In this document: in pieces, positions 1 through 11,066 of the stretch
Numbering within the stretch: the stretch's first letter is position 1
Layout of the letters: every line of letters begins with the position of its first letter
DNA from: Takakia lepidozioides
Taxonomy: Eukaryota > Plantae > Bryophyta
Length of the DNA: 64,000 nt
Assembly (NCBI GenBank): GCA_030704615.1
Contig: CM060733.1
Coordinates: 10,168,001-10,232,000, forward strand
Reading direction: 5' to 3'
Translations under genes and position numbers: made by a program
Notes under the pieces: model-generated
Database searches by the model: none
Told to the model about the DNA's origin: nothing
The model's input: only the letters and a program-made list of their open reading frames with translations

Positions 1-864
1 GAGGAAAATGTGAGATTATAGCGTTGGCCCGGACCTCAAATATCATGTCCCAAAGAAAAAGTGAGAAAGAAATTGGTTTGACCAAATCAAAATCTAGCTT
101 TATCCAATTTTGCTTGCCCCAAGACCCACCATTTCCAAATCAATAGTGGAGTGGCTCTGACCCCACTAAATTGCAGGTCCAACTGATTTTTTCACCTATG
201 GTTGCTATTCATGCAATTACATGGGGGTTGAAATCTCAAAATTGATAAGAGAAAATGTGCCTCGACATGAAGTACTTTTTTTTCTACAAAATTTTTAAAA
301 GCCAATGGTGGACGTGTGTATGTAATGCTCATACACCACAAGTGAAGTGCTTTTTCCAAAATTGCTAATTTTCTGCCAAAAGTGCAATCTGTTTTGGGCT
401 TGTTTACCTGCCACATCAGCGGTCAACAAGCCCTTTTTCAGGCCCCAAAACGTAAATGAGAGATCTAAGATATTTTTTGTAGGTCGAAGCTTTTGTTTTT
501 TTTTTAATTCTGTTTTTGCATCATACTCGAGACAAATCCCTTGTCATTAAAGCTTCAGGAGTGGGCCCCATCAGATTAGATCTGCAAAAATTAGGTCGAA
601 CTGCAAATTCAAAGTTACGCTTGGGAACTTGAGGGTTAAATGCAATGAACAAATGCGAAAAGACAAAACTGAATGTGATGGAATTGAAGGTAAAAACTAA
701 AAACCTGAATAGAACTGAATGTAATGGAATTCCATGTGATAAAACTCAAAGGAACTGAATATAATGGAGCTGAAGGGAACCGAATATAATGGAAGGCATT
801 ATAATAAAATTGAGAGAAAGTTAATATGATAAATTTGCGGGGATAATTTTGCGGGGAACTAAAT

Positions 865-1711
865 AATATGTAGAGCAGTTTCATTCGGCCCTGATTTTAG
901 AGTGGTCCAGGAATTACTGTGGCCCAGGAATTAGAGGGGGGCGCTTAATGTAATAAGGCCAAGTGCATTAAGGAATGAGATAGGGGGTCCAAAAAAAGAA
1001 GGGAGGAATTGACCAAATTTAGAATAGAGAGTCTTGTAAGGTTCACATGTGTCCAGGGCCTTCTACAAGGGTCCCAAGGTGGGCGAGCTTCTAGAAGGTC
1101 CCACCGCCCTGAGAAGGTATATAAGGGAGGTCCCCCTCTTACTACCTACTAACTTAGTAAATAGTGGGCTGTGCAAAGGTAGGGCCCCCCAAAAAAAACA
1201 GCAAACATGAATCAATTAATTAATAAAAACATGAATATGAGAGGGCATTGTGGTTTCTATTATTAATTGATTCATGTTTGCTGTTTTTTTATGGGGGCCC
1301 TGCCTTTGAATATGAATATGAGAGGGTAATGTGGTTTCTATTAATTAATTGATTCATGTTTGCTGTTTTTTTTTGGGGGCTCTGCCTTTGCAGACCCCAC
1401 TATTTATTAATTTAGTAGGTAATAAGTTAGTAGGTAGTAAAAAGGGGGGCTCCCTTATATACCCTGGGCCCTGGGACCTTCTAGAAGCCAGCCAACCCTG
1501 GGACCCTTCTAGAAAGCCCTGGACACATGTCAACCCTACAAGACTCCATATTCTAAATTTGGCCAATTCCTCCCTTCACTTTTTGGACCCCCTCATCTCA
1601 TTCCTTAATACAAGTGGCCTTCCTACATAAGCGCCCCACTCTAATTCATGGGCCACAGTAATTCCTGGACCACTCTAGAATCAGGGCCCGAATGAAACTG
1701 CTCTACATATT
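865..1711. repeat. ~850-bp foldback / MITE-like inverted repeat
   Basis: aatatgtagagcagtttcattcggccctgattttagagtggtccaggaattactgtggccc... at 865 is the near reverse complement of ...gggccacagtaattcctggaccactctagaatcagggcccgaatgaaactgctctacatatt ending at 1711. Arm homology continues ~350 bp inward, with an internal duplication at ~1233/1314. No clear TSD. Confidence 0.85.
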
Positions 1712-1929
1712 GAATACGATGAACTGAATACGATGAACTGAATACGATGAATAAGATGACCGGGCTCAGTACTTATATGGAAAAGCTCGGGAGCTCCTGG
1801 CATAAGTCGAATCAGACAGACATGCCGAGTTTTCTTCTGAATTCTGATGAGGCAGTGAAACCCTCCTTCACACCAGTTTGAAGAGAAATGGGAATCCCTT
1901 GCCACTGCCACTTGAGCACCATCTCCTGT

Positions 1930-2270
1930 AATAGCACTCATGATATCAGAAAGGATCTCTTTGCCCTTTTCCAGGGTTGTTACATTGGCACATGCATTGC
2001 AAACGCAAGCGAACGTGATCTGGTTGGGCTTCAACACTTCCTGCAACATCTGCTCATCTGTCTCCAAAGCTTCCATTCCACATCCATGCTGGGCATATCC
2101 TGCAAGCATTGCATTCCATGACACCACATTTCGTTCAGCCATTTAGTCAACCACACCCTTTACATCCTTGATGCTCCTACATTTGACATACGTCCACAAC
2201 GGCAGTGTCTAAAATCATATTTGGCACAATTCCAGCTTTTAAAATGTCAGCATGCACCTCTTTACCCGGT
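1930..2270 (-). pseudogene. PLS-class PPR gene fragment
   Basis: ERNVVSWNAMLAGYAQHGCGMEAL...LKPNQITF..VCNACA...LEKGKEI, preceded out of frame by GKEVHADILKAGIVPNMILDTAVVD. Only ~3 repeats, frameshifted. Confidence 0.8.
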
Positions 2271-3269
2271 AGAAAGAAAGAAGAAACTTATGTAACATCC
2301 ACAGAGGCGAGGGACAGGTATAACAAGCCAAGAACCACTTGATAAGTCATCAAATGTTCCCCCCAAGATGAAGTGCCTCAAGCATGTAGTCACAAGTTCT
2401 TACATAGGGTAGGCAACTTGCTGCAATCAATGGATGACTCACCTTTGCCGTGCAGCTCCGGGCAATACAGCAGCAGGCCCAGAGTGGCCTTCTAGAAGAC
2501 TCTTCTAGAGGCCTGGTGAGTGGCTGTGTCTAGTTGTCAAGTTGGTTGCATGTATGTGTATGCTCTCTCTCCTATTTTCGTGGAGTCCTTCACCGTACAG
2601 GGCTAAGACTATGTGTGCTACCTATAGTCATAACAAGAACTGAAACCAATTGAACCAGGCCAGACCACAAGTAGAAGAATAACTAGGACTATACCTGCTC
2701 ACTGACGGCCAGTCTTTCAAGGCCTTGGTGCACTATCTGCAGCTTCACTTTCTATCCTGCCCACACATGCCAACACAATTGATGTCCCTTTCCATTCATA
2801 ACAGGGATAAAGTGGCCCATATGATGTCCACAGGTACCGAGGCTATCCTGTGTACTCTGTCAAGAAGGGGGCTCGAGGGACTCAAGGAGAGAAAGAATCT
2901 CTAAAACGTAGAGAGAGAGAGATAATTAAATTTCTTGGGCACTCCTTCAACGGTAGACAATACCTTATACAACTTCCAGGCTGATCAACATCATTGAAAG
3001 ACATCATAAGCAGAGCATTATCCTGCCTCAACACATGAAGATTTATGAGAAATGTATATGATGCTGCACAGCACATGTAGCATAAACCAGTATTGAGTGA
3101 AGGAGGGAGCTTGAAGCACCAAGCATGGTGACCCGCATAGTACAAAGTTGATAGGTGAATAGAAGAGCTTGAGGGTTTCCCCGATCATGGGTTGGAACTG
3201 CAACCAATTTCCCTTAGGAGTTCGTTTGGGCCTTCTTGCAGCCTGCACAACGCCTGCCACTAGCAGCGC

Positions 3270-3380
3270 ACCTTGGAATTAAACACGCTCTTGCATCCTT
3301 AGTGCTCCCACATTCGGCATACATGTCCACGAGGGTATTGTTGAATGATGTTTGGGACAATTCCAGCTTTGATGATGGCT
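3270..3380 (-). pseudogene. short PPR motif remnant
   Basis: The reverse strand reads ...NTLVDMYAECGSTKDAR, the typical PPR S-motif pattern (N.LVDMYAKCG....A). Confidence 0.6.
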
Positions 3381-4475
3381 CGAGCGAGCGAGACCGAAGG
3401 AGCCCGCAGAGAAGCTAGGAATCGCGCGGAGCACGGGAAAGAAACAGCGCACAGAGTCGGGCTCTCTCGTTTCCTAACCTAAATTTCTCAAAACCTAAAT
3501 TTCTCTTGCAAGCTCTCTCCTTTCATGTGCAAGTATGCTTGTATCTTTCCTTTCCTTATCACTTGAGAAAGATGGGCTCGAGTCTGTGAGTGCCAGGTTC
3601 AAGTTAGTTGTAGCACTTGTGTTTTCAGATCATGAAAAATGGTTCAGCCTAGAGTACAGGGATCCGTGCATGAACCTATCCAAAGCGGATAGAGTGCAAA
3701 GGCGAACAAGTTGCATGTTTGTCATGGATAGAGAGGTGGATAGCCTATGTTGAAGAGCGGCGTTGCATAGCTCAACGCTATGGCAACCAAGTTTGGGCTT
3801 CCAGTGTGAAGCGGAGGAGATGTTGGCCACAAGTGGGCGAACTGGTGGTCGTCTTCTTCAGCTGCAGGCCGAGTTAAGGAGCTGCAGGAATGTGGGCTGC
3901 GCATGGAAGCTAGCTTGTTGCAGGTTGGAGATGATATGATCAGCTCCAGGTATTTTTGCCTGAAACTGGTTGTTGCGGGTAGAAGAGGAGCAGCCAAATG
4001 GTGGAGCTGCGAGGGGATGCATCGCAGCCCGTTGGGAGCTTCAGCTCCAAGCTCATGAAGAGGTATGAGTGAAGAGAGGGGGCTGGTCCCTCTTGTATGC
4101 AAATCAGTGCACTTGTGAAGCATGTGCTGAGTTGGAGTTTCAATCTCAAACTCAGCAGTGTAAGGGCTCTTGGAGTGGCAAGAGCTGGGCTAGAAGGGCA
4201 GCAACGAGGCGCCCTAGAGCCAGGGGATATGCATGAGAACTACAGGTACACCAAAGTTGTAAAGATGTGTATTTTCAGATTTGTTTTTGTAAGCTTCATG
4301 GAGAAAATTGAGCTTGTTGGGCAGCATATGGCTTGCTTGTTGAGTTAGGGGCACTTCTAGTAGGTCGTGAGAGCTCAGGAGTGCAGGGCGACAGGGCTGA
4401 TGGCTCCGCAGAAGCCATAGTTCGTCAGCAGCAGGTGCAGGAACAAACCCCAGTTCGGGTAGAGCTCGGGAACAA

Positions 4476-4585
4476 ACCTGAAAGTCATACTCTTGAAGTA
4501 TGAGTGCCCACCGTGCAAGCTTCCCCGTAAGCTTGTCTAACTCCATCAACCACTTGAGTGGTTGGTGATCTGTGACAAGGGTAAA
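4476..4585 (-). pseudogene. RNase H C-part
   Basis: FTLVTDHQPLKWLM...GKLARWALILQEYDFQV. Confidence 0.85.
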
Positions 4586-4998
4586 AAGATTGTCACGCCC
4601 CATGGATGTGAGCCGAGTTCAAGCTTTCATGGGGTTAGCAAACTGTTATAGACGGTTTGTTAAGGGATTTAGTGCCATTGCAAAGGCTCTAACCAAACTG
4701 ACCAAGGTGGACCAGAAGTGGCAGTGGGAAGATGAGCAAGAACAAGCTTTTCAAGAGCTCAAGGCGAGGTTGACCTCGGCGCCCATCTTGAGACGACCTA
4801 TCAGGGGGCGTTCTTTTCAGCTGCATACAGATTGGAGCATGTTGGGGCTTGGAGCGATGCTCACACAGGTGGATGATGAGGGAAGAGAGTTCGTAGTGGC
4901 TTATGCTAGCCGCTCGAACAATGCTGCAGAGTCTAAGTATAGCTCATATGAGGGAGAATGCTTAGCTGCAGTGTGGGCCGTGACACACTTCAGGTGTG
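4586..4998 (+). pseudogene. RT thumb/connection plus RNase H N-part (inverted relative to flanking pol)
   Basis: VQAFMGLANCYRRFVKGFSAIAKALTKL...FQLHTDWSMLGLGAML...VVAYASR...YSSYEGECLAAVWAVTHFRC. Confidence 0.9.
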
Positions 4999-4999
4999 A

Positions 5000-5586
5000 G
5001 GGTGGCATCAAGTTAGTCCACCATAGCCGTGGACGATGAGCCCGTGACCCCACTGCAGCTGCATCCAGCAACACTGCTGACCCAAGCCACGACCGGACTT
5101 GATGCACACTGGCCATCACCCTGGCCCGAGAATTGCCCATCAGTGGCACATTCTCCAAGATATATGCTGGAGATACAGCTTGATGAAGTTGTAAGTGGCA
5201 CAAAACCCGCACCATCTCCCAAAACAGACCCGACCTCAAGTCTTGCAATCCATTGTCATGCCCGGCTGATGAATGCCCTTGGCAGGGCCAACCTGCTCCA
5301 AATCCTGCGCCCCCAGCAACGAAATGTCTGCTGGCAAGGCCTGCTGATATCCACGAACTACAGACACTGGCAACAACTCAGGGTACTGCTGCACCAACTG
5401 AGCAACATGACGTAGGGGGACGCGTCGTGCAATCTTATCCTTCTCCACATACAAATAACGCCGAACTCGTACACCTGCCTGTAGAAAAGCAGCCAACCCG
5501 GTGTTGATCCCGCTAAACAAGTCTAGAAGGAAAATGCCTTCATCCGGACACTGCCACACGATCGGTGTGGTGTCCAATGGTGACAA
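5000..5586 (-). pseudogene. DNMT3-like C5 cytosine DNA methyltransferase domain within pol (truncated, frameshifted)
   Basis: Motif I LLDLFSGINTG, motif II YVEKD, motif IV AGWPCQG (5296-5276, in frame with ORF 4901-5248), SGLFWEMVRVL, motif VI YILENV, motif VIII DAAAVGSRAHRPRLWWTNL. Motifs IX-X are lost at the rearrangement breakpoint. Confidence 0.88.
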
Positions 5587-5755
5587 CTGAGGTGGTCCTG
5601 GTGCAATCCCCGCACTGTCCTCCTCTCATGACGATACAAAAACCTCTACCCAGGCTTGTTGCGCACGACAATCAGCAACCCGCTGCAAATCCTTGCTCGA
5701 GCCCCACATTGGAGTGTGAGCAACCATGGCAGACAACTCCGCCATACCATACATG

Positions 5756-6823
5756 TCATCCTGCTCTCCCGGAGGTGACACATCCTCTGAATGAGTGTTG
5801 CCATCCAACAACTCTCCAGGCCAAGTCACTGAAGCTATGAATGCTGCCAATGTTGGCATCTTGCCTCGCTGGGCAACCACAACTCCTCCTATGAACGTCA
5901 CAGGGAGCTGCACATGCCGGCCCTCCCTTGATTGCCATCCAGACCTTTAGGAAGCTGATTCCCCCCAAAAATCCAGGGTGAAGCCCATATGGTACAAACA
6001 CTGCCCCACCAACAAGGTCATCGTACGAGACCACGTCTGTCACAATGGCCTTGGCTCTCATCACTGAGCCATCTGTAGGATGATCCGGCTGTAGTCTGAT
6101 AGCCAACTCATGCCGTGTCATGCCCCGAGCCTGCTCTGATCCTCCCAGAGATGTCTGTATCTGGAAAGGGCATGGCTCCATATCCGCCTCCATGAGGCCC
6201 AAGCCTGCAATAGCAGCTCTGCCCAACATCAATGGCTGAGCTCTCGAGTCCAACAAGACTCGCAGTGGCCGGTACCTCTTGGCTACCGGTCCGCTCAAAC
6301 AGAGAATGTCATCTTGGTTGTCTATCATGACAACTCCAGGTGTCACCATGGCGTGCTCAATGGCTGACCTAGCTGACAGCTCTATCAACCTGGCAGCTGC
6401 TACTTGCCATGGCGCCGCCGTGGCAGTCTTGACCCTCACATCCGATGATCCCTCCGGCACTACACCTTCCACTATCTCCGCACAAGATGAAGTAACCTCC
6501 CCACTCTCACAGAGTGTAGCTGCCAGCCTGAACACCTCAGCTGGTCTTACCCCCGGCGTCGCAATCATGGTAGCTGAGAACAATGGAGCCTGGCACACAA
6601 CTGTGGCCGCCCCCAGCAGCACACTAGCTGTCGTAGCCTTGGCAACACCAGATAGTGGTGTTGCCCGTGTAGCTCTCCCCAATGACATAGTAACCTCCGC
6701 CTCGGTAACCGTCGGGCGAGAACTAGGTGCCATGGACGGCGTCGACACTGTCTCCGCCAATGTGAATGACTGAGGAAGCCTGGCCTTACGGCTTGCCTCC
6801 CCACGCTGTGGATCCAACTCCAC
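5756..6823 (-). pseudogene. retropepsin-type aspartic protease region of pol
   Basis: RVLLDSRAQPLMLG (D-S-G motif altered to DSR) and YDDLVGG (LLG-like motif). Confidence 0.7.
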
Positions 6824-6942
6824 CTCTGCACCCCGTGGCTCAGGAACTCGTGCTGCTCATTGAGTCACTGCCGCAACTGACTCCACTTGCACTAGTGGTA
6901 GTCATGTCCCGCACATAGTGGTAGTGGTAGTGATGCCCGACA

Positions 6943-8415
6943 CTAGTGGTAGTGGTGCTCCACCCACAGTGGTAGTGATAGTGCTGCCCCGCATATGAAT
7001 CCCATGCCCCCCATGTCTCCTCCCTCGGGAGCAGGAGGTGGACCATCCGGCCTTGGAGCCGGTACCACCTGAGTTGTGGCCATGGCAGCGAGCCTCTGCT
7101 CTAGCTGCTGAAGCCGGTTGGCCATGCCTTGGTCACCACCTTGACCTCCGCGTCCTTGGCCATGTTGAGCTTGCCCTTGGCCTGCACCTCGTACCTGGCC
7201 ACCTCGTTCTCTCTGGGCTGCTCCACCTCGCCCCCGGCCACCATTGTTCCCTTGGAACTGGCCTTGACGCAACTTAGATGCAAACCATAGCACTGGGCCT
7301 CTCTATGCCCGTACTTGCCACAATGCCCACACTACACCTGTGCAGGCTGTGCAGGTGCCAAACCATTGCCTCCCTCTGGGCAATCCTTCTTGACATGGGG
7401 TCCCCCACATGTTCAACACACCACATCCGCCCGTTGTTGGCCAGCAATGAAGGAGAGACCCCTGCATCTGAGGTCCTCTCTGCCCTTCCCTGGGCTTCAC
7501 TTGAGCCCCCTTGTTGCCTTGAGCACGTTGAGGTAGTGGCGGGCTAGGAGCACCACTACCCCGTGGTGCTTCATTAGCAAATCCCACCATGACCACTCGT
7601 TCCTCCACCATGTTGAGCTCTATCCGCTCTGCCAGCAAAAACACATTTGCTAAGGTGGGTTGGGCCGCTTGTAGGAGAGTTGCATCCCGCACCTTTCTCC
7701 TCCGCTCCTTGTCCAATATCCCATACCAGAATTGGACTGCCTGAGCCTCCGTAACCCCTTGGGTTACATTAATCAAGCGCCTCATGCAAGTGAAAGCCTC
7801 CCTCAAGCTCTCAGTAGGCTTCCATTGGAACTCTTGCAAGCTCCTCAACTTCTCTGTCCTCACCTCTTGGTAGTTCCTTCTCAACTCTTTGAAGAACTCC
7901 ACAACAGGGTTGAAGGCAGGCACCGCCATTGGTGCTGGTGCAGCGGTAGCTTGGGTGGACGTCGTAGCCTATGTACCACTAGTCCCACTGCTGCTCGTGG
8001 AAGCTGCCGGTGCAGCTGCCGGTATGGCTGCTACCCTTGTCCCTCTAGTGATGGAGACATAGTCGGGTGACCAGTACATCCTCCACTCCTCGATCTCAAC
8101 ATTGTGCCCCCGCATAAACTCATGGTAATCATCCATGGGCGGCCCCTCAAGGTGCTGAAACAACCCATTCCATGCCATGAAAGGCGTAAACAGTTGTGGA
8201 TTGCGCATCTGCAGCAAGTCACACCAACTATCAAATTCTTGGAAAAAATCATCCAACTCAATGGTGCCCACCGCCCCAGAGTACCTTCGTGGCCACTTGC
8301 TGGCTCTATACATCTCCTCCATTGTGTCCCACAACAATGGCAAGGAAACAACTTGCACCGTCGGTGTGAGTCTTCCTGATTCACAATCCGTATCAGAACT
8401 TTCCGTAGAAGACAC
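6943..8415 (-). pseudogene. gag: gag (capsid-like region plus zinc knuckles), frameshifted
   Basis: LDDFFQEFDSWCD...NPVVEFFKELRRNY...LQEFQWKPTESLREAF..MRRLI. Reverse-strand CCHC knuckles CxxCGGPHxKKDCP (~7380-7420) and CGHCGKYGHREAQC (~7290-7335). Confidence 0.75.
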
Positions 8416-9832
8416 AGGAGGTGAAGGTGGCCTAAACCGCTCGTATACCCCCTAGTATCGCTAGTGCTCGTACCGGCACTTTTCCCAGCAACTAGTGGCA
8501 CCTCTGTGTTGACAAACTGACTCTCAACCGGTCATGAATATGTCCCTAACCCCCTCTCCACAAGGTAACCGGGTAGAGAACCTGATGCGGCTTATGGTTT
8601 GGAATTGCACCTGCACGGCTTGCATCCCCCGCAGGCACTCCTATGGTTGGCTGGTCATTACCTCCAACCTCACCACAGGAGAAACAAAGATGGTCTGACT
8701 AGTCATCAACCCAGTCTCACCATCGATAACATGCTCTAGGGTGGGATCGGCGATCAAGCCCAAGTCCACCACCTATAAAATCAAGCGCTCACACAAAACT
8801 AGCATGGCGCACAATCAAGCATGCAGGTGTGGAGGGGATCCAAACACAAAAATGAAAACAACAACTCCCCCACACCAAAAATCTCTCCACAGTGTCGCTC
8901 CTGCAAGGACACCCCAACCCAAACCCGGATTGACTCTTGCCTCCACCTACGGAAATGTCTCGGCCTACAGAGAAGGTAGAAAGCTACGAGGAAGGGAAGC
9001 TAAAACAATGCCTATCCCTAGCACGCTCTCATCCCAACACCCTCTTTTTTCCTCTCTTCTCTCACTTGCATGACCATGAGAGCATCTTGTAGACACTCCT
9101 CAAACCGCTCTTCACGAGCTCATGAAACTTGGCCTCTAAGGCCCCGTGCAAGCCTCCACAGGGTCTACCAGTGCCTCCTTACGTCCACCAGCCATTCCTC
9201 AGAATGGAACCACCTCAGGAAACCACGCCATTCACTGAAGGTTAAAAAATGGAGCAAATAGAGGTACATATAGGCCCCAACAACATTCTGTCCAAAGGAA
9301 TTACCTGCAGGCTGGTCTTCCCCATAGTTAAGAATTGGGCTGAAAACCCGAAAATATTATCTGCAGGGAAGTAATCCCCTTTGTTAAAACACAACAGGAG
9401 GCAATTCCGACTTTTCTGCTGGATCAGCTAGCTCAAAACTGTTGTTCTTTAGAGCCCAGCCTCCCCATCAAGGTCCCACGAAACGAGTGAATTTTTATTT
9501 TTTTTTATTTTTTTTCCCCACTCTGCTTGTTCGCAGCCTTCCATGGCTCCAACCGCCACGACTCCTCACGGCCCGCCCTAGGCGCTCGTTGGCCATGGGC
9601 TGCCTTGTGATACCCCGTGGCACCATGCCCACGAGGCTTCACGGCCCGCCATCCCCACGATCTGGTCACTGTACCCACCCAATGTATCTGCACCACGACT
9701 TCCAACGGTCACGGTCAACGGTCACGACCTGGGCTCATGGTATCTCGTGATACCGGCCCACCACGGCCACTATTCCCTGCATTCCCTGGAACTCCCAACG
9801 AGTTCCCATGCATTCCTGGGGCGTTTCCGGGG

Positions 9833-10390
9833 GTGCATCGACCGGATTTGGTCAATCGGGATGCGGATGGGTTGAGTCGCAATCCATGCACGATCCAGCA
9901 GGATGACACTGAAGCTCGGTGGCATGGTGAGACGGACGAGGAGATGGTGCCCGGATGGCATGCATCTTCATTTTTGTGTATCTTGGCAGCGGAAGGCCAG
10001 TTTGGACCTGCAACAGGGATGACTCTAGATCAAGTGTCTGAGGACCCTGAGGCCAGCAATGAGCAAGGTGGCGCCAAAGATATACATGAGGATTCAGCTG
10101 TGTTGGACTATCTTCGCCCTGGAGACACGACAGCCCATGGGACTGCCAAGGAGAGGGATCGGATTCCTAAACGAGCCAAGAGGTTCAAGTGGGAGGGGAC
10201 ACACCTGCTCCGAGTGTGGGAGGATGGTCAAGTGAGGATTGTGCCTCACCCGCACAGCGGGCACGGTTAGTGCGGCATGCCCACGAGGAGTTGGGGCATT
10301 TTGGGGTGCGACGCACTCATAGTCTACTGCAGGGGCAGTATTGGTGGCGTGGTATGCACACAGAGGTGCAACAATTTGTGGCTAGGTGCA
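9833..10390 (+). pseudogene. RNase H end plus integrase zinc-binding (HHCC) fragment
   Basis: VHRPDLVNRDADGLSRNP is the expected continuation of QEYDFQV. It is followed by HAHEELGHFGVRRT...YWWRGM..EVQQFVARC. Confidence 0.85.
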
Positions 10391-10391
10391 T

Positions 10392-10566
10392 GGGTATGGA
10401 CGGATTTATACAGTGCTGTCTATTGGCTCAGTTCTTCATGGCAAAGAATATTAGGTTACTGTGGGGAATTTCCCTACGTGAACTTGTCCGGATTTTGTAA
10501 ACGATGCGTGAAGGGCGCTCTTGTGCTGAGAGGGAAGTGGGTCCCTGCAAGCATCCAATATTAACA
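10392..10566 (+). pseudogene. SWIM-finger fragment homologous to the C-terminus of the inner MULE transposase
   Basis: GYGRIYTVLSIGSVLHGKEY*VTVGNFPT*TCPDF...RGKWVP aligns by eye with GYGWVFTMISSASALQDRTYEIIVSNFPNCTCPDF...RGKFIPCKH at ~38150-38320. Confidence 0.75.
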
Positions 10567-11066
10567 NNNNNNNNNNNNNNNNNNNNNNNNNNNNNNNNNN
10601 NNNNNNNNNNNNNNNNNNNNNNNNNNNNNNNNNNNNNNNNNNNNNNNNNNNNNNNNNNNNNNNNNNNNNNNNNNNNNNNNNNNNNNNNNNNNNNNNNNNN
10701 NNNNNNNNNNNNNNNNNNNNNNNNNNNNNNNNNNNNNNNNNNNNNNNNNNNNNNNNNNNNNNNNNNNNNNNNNNNNNNNNNNNNNNNNNNNNNNNNNNNN
10801 NNNNNNNNNNNNNNNNNNNNNNNNNNNNNNNNNNNNNNNNNNNNNNNNNNNNNNNNNNNNNNNNNNNNNNNNNNNNNNNNNNNNNNNNNNNNNNNNNNNN
10901 NNNNNNNNNNNNNNNNNNNNNNNNNNNNNNNNNNNNNNNNNNNNNNNNNNNNNNNNNNNNNNNNNNNNNNNNNNNNNNNNNNNNNNNNNNNNNNNNNNNN
11001 NNNNNNNNNNNNNNNNNNNNNNNNNNNNNNNNNNNNNNNNNNNNNNNNNNNNNNNNNNNNNNNNNN
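10567..11066. other. assembly gap (500 N)
   Basis: Run of N. Confidence 1.

Larger units (their letters stand above)
3381..10390. mobile_element. Rearranged Ty3/Gypsy LTR retrotransposon carrying a DNMT3-like methyltransferase
   Basis: Contains gag, aspartic protease, C5-DNMT, RT-thumb/RNase H and integrase HHCC fragments in mixed orientation. Outer boundaries are approximate. Confidence 0.8.

Noticed and set aside
6840-7046. His/Tyr-rich peptide HYHYHC...HHYHYHY as a metal-binding protein
   Set aside because: Off-frame reading of a low-complexity gag-pol linker.
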